A DNA stretch of 48,061 nucleotides, counting the filler, from Stramenopiles sp. TOSAG23-2 (taxonomy: Eukaryota), in assembly GCA_900128395.1 (NCBI GenBank). It is 2 parts of 2 records of this genome, joined end to end, with 100 filler letters (N's around TTAATTAATTAA, not from the genome) between each part and the next. Parts side by side here need not be neighbours in the genome. Positions count along the whole stretch, not along the records: positions 1 to 24,002 come from LT649474.1; 1 more part is not named here. One strand, written 5' to 3'. Below the pieces are notes generated by a model. It saw only the letters and a program-made list of their open reading frames with translations. It had not been told where the DNA came from and searched no databases. Shown one piece after another: positions 11,518 through 22,700 of this stretch; position 1 is the first letter of the stretch, and each line of letters opens with the position of its first letter. Position numbers and translations under genes: made by a program.

Positions 11518-13806
11518 TCATTCCTTTTTATTTCCATCTTCTTCTTCCTCCTCCTCCTCTTCTTCCTCTTCCTCTTCTTGATCATATTCATCACTCTCCA
11601 ATTTAAATGGATCTATCATTGCATCAAAACGATTATTTGGAGATAATTTACCTTCATCATTCAATTTTAAAACGATAATCTCAAAACTTCCTTCCATAGT
11701 ACCAAACTTTGTCTCTAACATGGAACCAGAACTATATTTAAACTGTCCACCTGGATAAATCACAGGTGTTTCCCCAACGATACCAGGTGCTCTTGGACCT
11801 ACCTCGTTATAAATATCATTGTAGCGATCTCGTATAACCCAATGCCTAGATTTGACTTGAATATTTTGATCGGAAAGATTATTTATGATAACATCATAAT
11901 GCCACACATAATGTTTCCGTTCGTACATTGTCTTCGGCTCAGTGGAACCTTTGTAAATGGATTGTACAGTGATATTAATATTATTTGTAGTGGTAGAGGA
12001 ATATGTCTGCATTTTTTCCATTTCTCCATGGATATCGTTGTTGTTATTTCCATCCTCGCTGTCAAAGTAACCACTATCATCATCATTGTTCGCTAAATTT
12101 GATGATGGATTTTGTATATTGCTATTATTATTGTTTTTTGGGAAGAAAAAATTATTTCCAAGATTATTTGTAATATTTTTACTTATTGCATCACCAGTAT
12201 CTAAATCTTGTACTAAATCATTTAAATAATCACAAAAACGATGTTGTAACTTATTACCTTGTATGGAGTCTTGATTTCCATATTCATGTATTAGATTTTT
12301 CAAGAACAACGCGAAAAAATTATGATGTGTTAAAAATGGGATATGTGTATATTTATATCCATACGATGAATTAAGCATTTCTAAAAGTTTTTCAGCAGAT
12401 ATTTCACGATGCGATGGAAAGAATTCATGTTGTTGTTGATGTTGATGGTTGGTATAATTATTATTTAAATCAATTAAATGATACGTATCATCATCATGAT
12501 CTTCTTGGATACACATGAAATAATTGTGATTTTGTGCATTTAATAAATCTTTTTGAAATGTACGCATTTCTTCTTCTTCATCATCATTAATTTCTACTTT
12601 ATTACTATTCTCAGAATCTTCTTCCTTTTTGTTCTTTTCATGTACAGCTTTATTCAAATTCAATGCATGTTGTGAATATGCACTATCGGGTAATGCAATA
12701 ATGTAACACTTTAAATTAGAATCCAAATATTCCGTTAATAATGTACTAAAAATGGTATATAAAATCAATGGCGATGCACGTTTTGTTCTTAATGAATTAT
12801 CTAAAAATTTTGTCTTATCATCAACATTACGTATATTATTCATACTAAAAATAACGTGCAACATGCTACGTACCGTTCGTTCAGCATTTGGCATATCATT
12901 TTCTATTGGCTTGTCAATATCATGTTTCACACTTAACCCACGCTTTTTCCTCATTTTATATAATGTATATTTCACATATTGTTTATAATCTTGATCTCGT
13001 TCAAATTGTAATCGTTCATTTTGTATATGATTGATCCTTTGTGAAAATGCTTGAAAATCTTTATTTACTAATTCTATACGATGTGAAGCAGGGTCATAAT
13101 AATCTGTATATAAATCACGTACAGATGACAAAATTGACAATCCATTGACAAGAGTTTGTGGCGAATAGTTACGTGTGTTTCCACTTAATCTTTCCATGCT
13201 ATCTTCATCATCGATGTTGGACGAAATGGAGGATTGATCAGCATAAATTTCTTTTTCCCATGCACTAGCACAATCTATCACATTTAACATATGTAATATT
13301 TCCATACGTAAATCTTTCGCACTTTTCATATTTAATATCGGGTGATTGTCCATAACTTCGATATTCCCTGATTCTTCATCCCCACCATCGCTTCGTATAT
13401 TTGTATTTGCATCTATACCATCAACATTTTCTTGCACTGCCGTTTTAAATCCAAGTTTAATTAATAAAGGCCAGTCAGGGACAGCAAATTGTTGAACTTG
13501 TTGTTGTTCTTTTTGTTCTTTCACGGTTTTATCAACATTATTTCTATTAACATCCTTTGATTCTGTGATATTACTTATACTATCTTCATACATACCGTTT
13601 TGACTACTTTCATTCAATATTTGCGTTGCTTCGCTAAAAGGCTCGGGAAACAATTTCATTTTCCATGAATTGAATTTTTCATTCATACGTATCCTTTGTT
13701 GCGACGATTGTATTTGCTCCGTTGAACGTTTTAAACGATTTGCAGCTTTCAACGTCATTTTATACATTTTTCTCACATCCCGTGAGGTAAGTATTTTTTT
13801 ATTCAT
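11518..13806 (-). CDS. SirB1/transglutaminase-like (Transglut_core2) + C-terminal ApaG domain protein
   Basis: ApaG: YVWHYDVIINNLSDQNIQVKSRHWVIRD...GPRAPGIVGETPVIYPGGQFKYSSGSMLETKFGTMEGSF (strong). SirB1-like: FLDNSLRTKRASPLILYTIF...IIALP...YHLID...FLKNLIHEY (moderate). Acidic tail. Confidence 0.85.
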   Translation of the reverse strand: MNKKILTSRDVRKMYKMTLKAANRLKRSTEQIQSSQQRIRMNEKFNSWKMKLFPEPFSEATQILNESSQNGMYEDSISNITESKDVNRNNVDKTVKEQKEQQQVQQFAVPDWPLLIKLGFKTAVQENVDGIDANTNIRSDGGDEESGNIEVMDNHPILNMKSAKDLRMEILHMLNVIDCASAWEKEIYADQSSISSNIDDEDSMERLSGNTRNYSPQTLVNGLSILSSVRDLYTDYYDPASHRIELVNKDFQAFSQRINHIQNERLQFERDQDYKQYVKYTLYKMRKKRGLSVKHDIDKPIENDMPNAERTVRSMLHVIFSMNNIRNVDDKTKFLDNSLRTKRASPLILYTIFSTLLTEYLDSNLKCYIIALPDSAYSQHALNLNKAVHEKNKKEEDSENSNKVEINDDEEEEMRTFQKDLLNAQNHNYFMCIQEDHDDDTYHLIDLNNNYTNHQHQQQHEFFPSHREISAEKLLEMLNSSYGYKYTHIPFLTHHNFFALFLKNLIHEYGNQDSIQGNKLQHRFCDYLNDLVQDLDTGDAISKNITNNLGNNFFFPKNNNNSNIQNPSSNLANNDDDSGYFDSEDGNNNNDIHGEMEKMQTYSSTTTNNINITVQSIYKGSTEPKTMYERKHYVWHYDVIINNLSDQNIQVKSRHWVIRDRYNDIYNEVGPRAPGIVGETPVIYPGGQFKYSSGSMLETKFGTMEGSFEIIVLKLNDEGKLSPNNRFDAMIDPFKLESDEYDQEEEEEEEEEEEEEDGNKKE

Positions 13807-14337
13807 TTTTCATTCAAGATGCAACTAGACTGACAGATCAACAAAAAAAGAATAAATTATAAAATGCAAAAAATACTTTTATAATATTCTTATTGACAGA
13901 TAAACGACGTATATATATATAGTAAGAAATATAAAAATTCATTATACCATATCCCACATTTAACATGTAATATTTTTTATATTTTTTTAGTGCTTTACTA
14001 ATTTAAATAATTTGTGTTATATCCTCTCGCTCTTGTTATAATAGACAACCTACCGTAACGCTAATCCTATGCTACAATATATTTTGTTTACTCTAACTCT
14101 TTTTTATTATACTACTGATGACGACGTGTAAAAATATATGTACGCAACTACAATAAAAAATATTAATTAAGCAGATGAAATAAAAAGGCTGAAACAATAG
14201 TAAGAAAATCTAATAGAATCATCAACAATTTCTTCAATTACTTCTGCCGCCAAAAGTAGAAGACACCATAAAGCCTTAGAAGCACCATAGAAAAGAAAAC
14301 ACTGCAACCCCAAATTAAACTTGTTGTAAAGATATTC

Positions 14338-16320
14338 ATGTCCGAAATAAAAGAAAATAATAATAATAATTGTGAAAATGCTGAAGCAGTGAAAGTTTCA
14401 AAGATTGAGTTGACTGAACAAAGTGAAGATATGTTAAGTCGGCAAGATACATCTATTGAAGTAAAAGCTAATTTCTGTAAACATGTTGGTTTTGAAGGTG
14501 TAATTGTGTTGATGTTTTTACTTTTAGTATCTGGGTTGTTTGGTTTCTTAATATATATATATACAGTATACTTCAACAACTTCGATAGAGAATTTGTTTG
14601 GGTTTTTATGTTTATTGGATTAATATACTTTTTAGCGATGTTGTGGCTTATCATAACATGGAAAAAGATGGCCAAAGATTATTTAGAACGCGCAACAGCC
14701 CGCAGACAGAATCGCCCAATGAAAACTTGGCTATTCAATATATATTCACAAACGTTCATTAATGGCCGATTTTTCTTATGGAAACTTTATATTATTGAAT
14801 TTGGTGAAAGTTTAAATCAATTGGTGAATTTTTTCACAATATATTTATGTTCACTTCCTGTATTTGTCAGTTCAGCAATTGGTATTGGTTTAGGGATAGA
14901 TAGTTTGTTTCGTGGTTATAGTGTATTACTTAGAAACACACCTATACGTCGTGATCGGCAGATTATAATAGATATATTGGTGGATTTTTTATGTGTAGCG
15001 ATTCCTTCGTCGACCATGTGGTTTGGTTATAGACTACCAATTTCCGTTCCAGATATGATACAAATTACAATAATGCCAGCAATTTGTCTTTTAACAAAAC
15101 TACGATCTATTTTTAAAGAAGTAATTAGAGTGAAGTGTGTTCAAGCAGTAATTAGAAAACAAAATGAAACTGCAAGTAATTTCAATCGCCGGCGACAAAG
15201 TATTTACTCGTTAGACGAGACAATTCTAATGGCCAAACGACAGCAAAAATCTATTCCGTACAAAGTTCGCAGAGGGTTTGTTGTTTATAATGTGTTGTAT
15301 GGGGTATTGGTATTGGGGATTGGTATTTTTCAATTGATTGCGCAAAATCGAATGGAGTGTTATCCTAGTCTACGGAGTCAACCTATTTTACCTGAATTAT
15401 TATGGGATGCATGTATAGTCAAGACACCATATTGTAAAAGCAGTTTTAAACCAACATGTAATTGTGTTATATTAAATGTACAAAAACATAATTGGACAAC
15501 ATTACCAATTGAAATACAGGAGATGAATGCTTTGAAAGTAATGCAAATCAATCATGGAATGTTAAACGAAATTCCTAACGCTTTTGATATAAAATTTGAT
15601 AGATTAGTACGCTTAGACTTGAGTTACAATAAATTACCAAATGTACCCGATTCCTTAGGTAACATGAAATTAAGCCATATTAAACTAGCAAATAATAAGA
15701 TAACAAGTATCCCTGAATCAATTTGGAAAAGTAACCATTTGTTTTGGTTTGAATTAGATAATAATAATATTTCTAAAATACCAAGTTCGATTCAAAATGC
15801 TAAGTCGTTGACTACTTTGCTTTTGAGTAACAATAGTTTGATAGATTTGCCGGTTGCGGTGTTCTCATTACGTTTAACTTCACTTGTGATAGATGGGAAT
15901 GAGCTTACAGAAATTTCTGAAAAAATTGGTGATATGAGGACACTTTTCGTATTACATTTTCATAACAACAATAATATTTCAATGGTTCCTAATTCAATAG
16001 GGAATTTATTAAGGTTGAGGCAACTCGATTTAAGAAACAATGCTATAAAAGATCTTCCTAATGAAGCAATGCTGAAGCTTAAAAAATCGTTGAAATATTT
16101 GTACTTACATAATAATCCAATATGTATAAATGGGTGGCTTAATGATAATGTAGATGTGAAAAATGTGGTTGATCAAAGTGCAGAATTATATGATGCCGGA
16201 TGTATACCACAATGTTCGAAGTACTGCCAAAATAGATATCTTGACTCGAAAACATGCGGTAGGGAGTGTAATTCAAAGGCTTGTGACTTTCAGAATGGCG
16301 TGTGTGCAGCCCAAAGATAA
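14338..16320 (+). CDS. Multi-pass membrane protein with C-terminal leucine-rich repeats and an LNR(Notch)-like Cys motif
   Basis: Several hydrophobic helices in aa ~50-335; LRRs LVRLDLSYNKL, LTTLLLSNNSL, LRQLDLRNNAI, LKYLYLHNNPIC; terminal CSKYCQNRYLDSKTCGRECNSKACDFQNGVC. Confidence 0.9.
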   Translation: MSEIKENNNNNCENAEAVKVSKIELTEQSEDMLSRQDTSIEVKANFCKHVGFEGVIVLMFLLLVSGLFGFLIYIYTVYFNNFDREFVWVFMFIGLIYFLAMLWLIITWKKMAKDYLERATARRQNRPMKTWLFNIYSQTFINGRFFLWKLYIIEFGESLNQLVNFFTIYLCSLPVFVSSAIGIGLGIDSLFRGYSVLLRNTPIRRDRQIIIDILVDFLCVAIPSSTMWFGYRLPISVPDMIQITIMPAICLLTKLRSIFKEVIRVKCVQAVIRKQNETASNFNRRRQSIYSLDETILMAKRQQKSIPYKVRRGFVVYNVLYGVLVLGIGIFQLIAQNRMECYPSLRSQPILPELLWDACIVKTPYCKSSFKPTCNCVILNVQKHNWTTLPIEIQEMNALKVMQINHGMLNEIPNAFDIKFDRLVRLDLSYNKLPNVPDSLGNMKLSHIKLANNKITSIPESIWKSNHLFWFELDNNNISKIPSSIQNAKSLTTLLLSNNSLIDLPVAVFSLRLTSLVIDGNELTEISEKIGDMRTLFVLHFHNNNNISMVPNSIGNLLRLRQLDLRNNAIKDLPNEAMLKLKKSLKYLYLHNNPICINGWLNDNVDVKNVVDQSAELYDAGCIPQCSKYCQNRYLDSKTCGRECNSKACDFQNGVCAAQR

Positions 16321-16792
16321 TGATTAATAATAATCAAATATTTTATCAATTCTTCATCATCGGAACACGTCTGGATACGAATCGTACGAGTGTCATCTAT
16401 TTACCTTCACCCCTGGTATTTCCTTTTATTGAATTTATTCGACGCGTTATGTAAGATAAGTGCGTACGAAGTTCGAAGGTATTAATGGCTCAGTCATGAT
16501 ATGGATACCATGCTCTGTATTCTTTTGGAGAGTACGTCATAAGAATTAGGAATTATCATTTGAATTATTATCATATATATGACCCGGTTTATCTGAGAGA
16601 GAGCTTCCAGTTGTCAAATAAAATTTTGTTATACTAATAAGTACAAATTACACATATTTTACTATCAAACCTCGTGCATTATAATTCCTAGATCTTGCAA
16701 AAATCCATCATTTTTGGAAAATTTGTTACATTTTTATTTTTAATCCAAGAAGATACCCTAAACGCACTCTATGAATTGAGTCATTTTTATAA

Positions 16793-16895
16793 GGGCACGA
16801 TGGTGATTTTATACATATTTATATAGAGAATATTTTTTTGGATCAACAGAAAGTGAAATGACACAATGGTGAAGTTGTACATCTATTTAAGTAAT
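16793..16895 (+). repeat. Dispersed repeat, copy A (likely transposon remnant)
   Basis: GGGCACGATGGTGATTTTATACAT...GATCAACAGAAAGTGAAATG..CACAATGGTGAAGT...TAAGTAAT recurs on the minus strand at 32013-32125 on the other contig. Confidence 0.85.
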
Positions 16896-17211
16896 CCATC
16901 ACCCAAAAGTTACAATTTGTTACATTTTCACACATTCCCATCATATTTACATCCATGTTTATTTTTATTTTATGTATTTTCCCCCTCAAATATTGGTTGA
17001 AATCTCTGGTCTAAGTACAGAGTATTTGTATACTAGAAATATTTACCTATATAATATGTTATTTATCAAGATATAAAACGGGGTCGTATATTTCGTATAA
17101 ACGTACATTTAGTTTAATATACGATGACCCGTACATACGCGTAGTATTTATATGACCCGGTTTTTCCGAGAGAAATAAATTTTTATACTTCGTAAGAAAA
17201 GATGTACTTTC

Positions 17212-18621
17212 TTAACTATCGCCACTCCCACCATGTTGCAGCAATCTCCTTCGTGAAACAGACTTTAAAAAAACATTCTTATCTAGTTTTTTTTTTCTTT
17301 TAAACCTGTTATTTATATGTTCGGTGGTGTGCTTGATAAACTTTACAACGACTGGGCCTTTGCCGTCATGTAATTCTACAATGTTATACTGAAAGGACAT
17401 TTTCATGCACTTAATTATATTTCTGGTTTTCTTTTTATGCAAATGAACCAATTCAAGATTTTCAACAAATTCTGCAGGTTTCTCTTTCCTCAGGCTAAGG
17501 AAATTTATATCTCTACAACGTTTCTCATTCTTCATTGTTATCGTTCTATAAAATCGCACTTCGAATTTTCTATTTCTTTTCAGATTAGTTGTTTTAACAG
17601 TAACCTTACCCTTATCAACATAGTGTGCAACATTAATATTTTCAACCTTAGCTCCTTCTTGAAATTGTCTGTACATCAATTGCTGGCGGCTTACATCATA
17701 AGGAAATAAGTCATAGCATAACCCAACATCATGGCTTTTTCCTTTACATTTAAATTCAACTTTTATCCTTTTTTTATTTCTTTTAATTTTAATTTTTTTT
17801 GTATCAAACCATAGATTATCGTCATTCTTCCTCGAGTCTATAGTCCACATGACATTTCTTTTTTCAAATTTATCTGCAACTTCAAAAAAAATTTTGTTCA
17901 ACAACTGCAATTTTGCTTTTTTGTTTGATCCCTCGTACTGTTTCTTAAGTTTACGCTTAAAATTTTCACAATCTTCCTTTTGGTTTTTGTCAAAGTTATC
18001 ACAATTAATATTTACTGAATAAATGGGCCATTCCTCTTCCGGGCAACATCTGACTTCAGGCCCCTGGCGAGGACACTGACCTGTTACTGTAAATATATTA
18101 CATACATCTTTATTAGAGAAGGTATCTACGCATCTTCCTTTGGCGGTTTTATAAAATCTCCCTTCGTACTCGGATCCACAATTTTTATATACGTCCTTAT
18201 CCTTAACGGGCGATACTTTCAGGTTAGCCGGTACTGTAACTTTCTTTCCTGGACAACATTGCACAGTTTTAATATTGACACCCTTTACGACACCGTCACC
18301 TTTACAACCAAACGAGTCATTTGACCAGTCCATGGTACGACCGGGTATTACAGGATGATCGTTACACATTCTCAATCTCGTGTCAATGCATTGACCACTG
18401 TACTTTTTAAAACATTCTGTTTCCTCCAATTTTTCCCTTCTTTTCTCTTTACTTTTCTTCTTCCCTGTTTTCTTGAAGAATCTCCATGCTTTCTTGAAGA
18501 ATCTCTTTTTTTTATTACGCAATCTTTGGTCCAGGTCCAAAGCACGATTTACAATTATAAAGTTTATGAACAAGGCAACAACGAGACAAAATTTTAACAA
18601 ATTTTTCATGTTGAATGTCAT
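17212..18621 (-). CDS. Secreted Lys-rich protein with two 6-Cys repeats and a C-terminal RRRLL motif
   Basis: Likely start ATG at 18621 or 18609 (MKNLLKFCLVVALFINFIIV signal peptide). Repeats C...GQCID...C...GC.G...VQCCP and C...GRCVD...C...GQCP...VRCCP; ends SRRRLLQHGGSGDS. Confidence 0.82.
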   Translation of the reverse strand: MTFNMKNLLKFCLVVALFINFIIVNRALDLDQRLRNKKKRFFKKAWRFFKKTGKKKSKEKRREKLEETECFKKYSGQCIDTRLRMCNDHPVIPGRTMDWSNDSFGCKGDGVVKGVNIKTVQCCPGKKVTVPANLKVSPVKDKDVYKNCGSEYEGRFYKTAKGRCVDTFSNKDVCNIFTVTGQCPRQGPEVRCCPEEEWPIYSVNINCDNFDKNQKEDCENFKRKLKKQYEGSNKKAKLQLLNKIFFEVADKFEKRNVMWTIDSRKNDDNLWFDTKKIKIKRNKKRIKVEFKCKGKSHDVGLCYDLFPYDVSRQQLMYRQFQEGAKVENINVAHYVDKGKVTVKTTNLKRNRKFEVRFYRTITMKNEKRCRDINFLSLRKEKPAEFVENLELVHLHKKKTRNIIKCMKMSFQYNIVELHDGKGPVVVKFIKHTTEHINNRFKRKKKLDKNVFLKSVSRRRLLQHGGSGDS

Positions 18622-18845
18622 GTTATGAATTAACAAAATCAACTGTGATATCAAGATGTGTATCAGGTTTATGAATTAGCCTTCAACACATACAACATAT
18701 ATATACATATACATACATTTACATAAACATATACAAATACAAGGTCTCTAACAGTCTGCCCCCCTTTTTTTGATTCTTCTTTTTGTACTACTTCTTTGTA
18801 AGTCGGCTGAGGTATGTAGAGATCCTGCTGTGTCCATACTAAACC

Positions 18846-19033
18846 TAGGTAATCAAGCCGACCCTAAAATGAATTTCAAAAAAGGATTTTGTGATTTCAT
18901 TTTTTAAAAATAAATAACTAAATAGATTTGCCATTTTACAAAATAAAATCGGATATTTGTATGTTAATAATATCAATAATCGGCATATTTTGATCCAATT
19001 AGGGTCCGCTTGATAGGGTCCGCTTGAACCCTA
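18846..19033. mobile_element. Putative MITE-like element with imperfect terminal inverted repeats flanked by TA
   Basis: Left TAGGTAATCAAGCCGACCCTA (18846-18866) versus right TAGGGTCCGCTTGAT and TAGGGTCCGCTTGAACCCTA (19000-19033; right TIR tandemly duplicated). No coding capacity inside. Confidence 0.5.
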
Positions 19034-19126
19034 CCCTTCAACTCTATTATAATGCTATTCCTATACTAATGATTTCTGGATCATCTCAATTCATACTCTA
19101 ACAAGTCCTATCATATAAATATTTTC

Positions 19127-19234
19127 AAGCCTATTACAGCGTAAAAGTAATAAATGTTAAAAAAAAATATTTTCATGAAGAAGCCTATTACAGCATAAAA
19201 GTAATAAATGTTAAAAAAAAATATTTTCATGAAG
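19127..19234. repeat. 54-bp tandem duplication
   Basis: AAGCCTATTACAGC(G/A)TAAAAGTAATAAATGTTAAAAAAAAATATTTTCATGAAG x2, one mismatch. Confidence 0.92.
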
Positions 19235-19710
19235 AAACCGGATGTTTGGCTTGGTCTTTTTTTACCTTTTAGCGTTTTGGGAATTATCCAAAGATAGTAC
19301 AAGCAAGGTTGCCACTCGTAAATTTATACATTGACATTTTGTTATATACCTTTTAAAGTTATGCCGTATACATTGCAACGCTTAACTTTTTTCGGAGGTA
19401 TTCTAATTCCGGATTATTATAGTAAATAATGCAAGCCTATAAAACACTGTTATTAATATATATACTGTTTTACTGACTGTACTACAGAGTATTAATAAAT
19501 TAAGATGAAAGAAAAAGGCTGGGGATACAAGGATACAACAAGAAAAACACAAAGAAAGGAAAAGAAAAAGGACGTGTGAGGTGGCATATTAGTGTGTTCG
19601 TATTAATTTAACATGTACATTGAAAGAAACAAGTAAAAAATCTTTTTTTCTTTTCGTACACTACGATGTAACACTTTTATTAGGTTCATACTCGTACATT
19701 TTATAACACT

Positions 19711-22700
19711 TCAAAAAAAACGAACTTCAACGATTTGTTTATCCATTGAAAGTTCATCATTTCGCATGACTAATATTTTTTGTGACACAATACTAGACAC
19801 AAGCGACGCATGATCTTCAACTTGAATGAAATAAATGCCTGGACCAACATTAAACGGTTTATAAATACCATTTTTATCCGTATAGGCACTGCAAATTATG
19901 TTACCCATTGATGGAATATCACTAATATTAAGGCTTGTTACATTATCTTTGCACATGACTACTCGTACAAAATATTTATGTTGAGAATCGTCTTTGACTA
20001 CACGGCTATTTTTATAATCATTATCATTATCACTATCATCATTATAATTATTATTCTTACTATTACTTGTACCAATATAAATTCGTACCATTGGTAATGA
20101 GGATGTATACATCAATGTAGATGGATTTGAAGCTTGATTTAATGCCATGCAAACATCATTTAATAATTTCCCAACAACCGTTGAAACTTTCTCATCTTTT
20201 GGTTTTATTTTCTTCGACATAATGTCTATTATTTTCGTTTGTTTGCTAGGTATGATTTCTATCATTGATGCGGAATGCGATATATTGGAATGGACATTTC
20301 TTTTAGGACTAATTCCCTTCCGAGAGTGTTCATTTATGATTGGTATGGAATCAATATTCATTAAAGATGGCATTGATTTGGATAGTTTTTTTTCTTTTTT
20401 CATCATCCATAATCCACCAATGTCATTTAAAAAATCATCAGCTTCTTCCTCGTTATTTAATTCTAATATAGTATCTTCTTCTCCCTCATCCCCGTCATCA
20501 TGTGCCTGACTAACATCATTCCGTTCCTTCACTTCACCACCTAGCTCTAACGCTTCGATAGCTTTTGATGCGGAATTTAAAGCTTCATGAATATCATAAA
20601 CATTGTCATTTTTGTTTATATCTGGAAGTTTCATGGCTTTGCTTACAACTTGTAAACCTTTTTTAACACGTTTAGTATCATGTTCAAGAATGGAGTAGCT
20701 ATTTTCCAGCAATTCAATCTGTTCTACTGTCTTTCGTATGACATTTTGTTGCATCGGATCAGGTGTGAAAGGTAATGCCTTTGTTACAATATCAAACTCT
20801 TTTTCTATGATCCATTCATTATTGGCATCCAGCGGATTTTTCAATCGTATCCAAGAATTTTGAAACGGATCTTCAAGTTGTAACCATGTGGTTCCAATAA
20901 TTTCTTTTGCTCGCAATTCTTGCCCAGCAAATAAAACACCACACGTTCCTTTGTATATACCATTTTCTAAGATTGGAAAGCGTATGGTTACACGAGTTTG
21001 ATGAGTTGCTTGTGGAATAAATCGTTTATCAAAAAAGACGGTATTTGTTGCTGTTTTAGCATCAAAGCGTATTGGCATTATGATTTCGACATTGTTCTCG
21101 GCATTATTATTATAATCATTATATGATGTTAAAGGTTGTAATCGAACATTATTATTTTTGGAATTTGTCAATGCGCCACTAGGATGTTGCTTTGTGGTTG
21201 TTACTCGATTCGCCTTATCATCTTGATCTTTGCGTCGTTTTAGTAATTTTTTTAAACGAATAGCTGTGCTTAATGACAATCTATTTGTTGCATTTGCAAG
21301 CGTATTAGCTTTTGTTATGTCATTGCTATCATTATTATTCACAGGATAATGTTCTTCCTCCAACATATTGTCATTAATCTGTGTTGGTTCATCATCTTCG
21401 GGCTGCTCCATCATGGCTTTATCGTCGTCATTTTGACCATTGTCTTTAATATTGTTTTCATCCTCTGGTGCAAGACTTTGCCGACGATGAAGTTTTTGTT
21501 TTAACAACGAGAGAAAATGTAAGGATTCTTTATCAATAAGATTTTTGGTTGGAGTATCATTTGTAGTAGCTGACAAATCTAATGGTGGAACATTAGCTAA
21601 TGCTCGTTCTTTGGCTTTATCTTCTTTTTGCTTTTCTAATTCACGCTCTTTTTGACGACGTTTTCGTTTTAATTTTTCACGTAGTTTTTCATGATTTGTT
21701 TTTGCATCATCTTCAGCTTTTTTCTTTGCATTGGTTTCTGCATCATGAATTCGATCAATGTGATTATCAATCTTATTGTTGTATTGGTTTGCCTTTTCTG
21801 CTTTTTGTTGTTTCTTTTTCTCCAAGCGTTTTTGTAATAAATCATGATGATGTTCCATATCACCCTTTGCATCTTGATCTACATTCATAAGAGTTTCTTT
21901 CATTTTTCGCAACTCCTCATCAACTTTTTTATTTGTTTTTTCTTTCGCATGTTGTTTCATTTCTTTTTTTTGCTTAAGTTTTTCCATTAATTGATCATGC
22001 TTTGATTTAATTGCATCTTCTTCATTATGTTTCGCTTCATTGATTGTATCATATGCTTCTTGTTCTGCTTGATCAATTTGGTGTTGATTTTTGATTTTTT
22101 CTTTCTCCATACGCTTCTTATCTTCAATTTTCTTTTGCTTTTTTGCTTTCAACCGATCTTTTAAATGTTGATGATGTTTATCATGTTCTATTTCTACTTC
22201 CTCCTTCACAAATTCCATATTATGATCTAAATTTTTTGATATATTTTGAATAATTTGATCTGGATCCTCATTCGAGTCAAGAAGTGTTTCGTCTTCTTTA
22301 TTTTCTTTCGCACTATCATCCTCAGAATGTTGTTGTTTTTTCGTCGCTGTCAATCGTTGCTTTAAAGCAGGATCGACATCTCCTTCTTGCTCTAAATTTT
22401 TATTCGCTATAATATTTTTCTCATGATTTAATTGTACTTTTTCTTCTTTATTGTTATCATCAGTATTTAATTGTATTGACGGTTCATCGTCACCTTTTGC
22501 GGCGATTACTTTATGCAATCCTTTCATTTTCATTTTTCTGACCTTTTGTTGCCACTTGTTTTCTTTTTTAAACATTATATTTGTCCATTTTTTAACTGCT
22601 TCCATTGAAAAATCTTCATCATCATCATCTAGATCACTTATAGGATCCTCCTCCTCATCATTATTGGTATCAACATCGTTTTGACCGTTTGTACTTGTTG

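Noticed and set aside
17690..17900. LicD/nucleotidyltransferase similarity in the secreted protein (FFEVADKFEKRNVMWTIDS, YDLFPYD)
   Set aside because: Lacks the G(T/S)LLG and DxD catalytic motifs; the similarity is too weak to claim.
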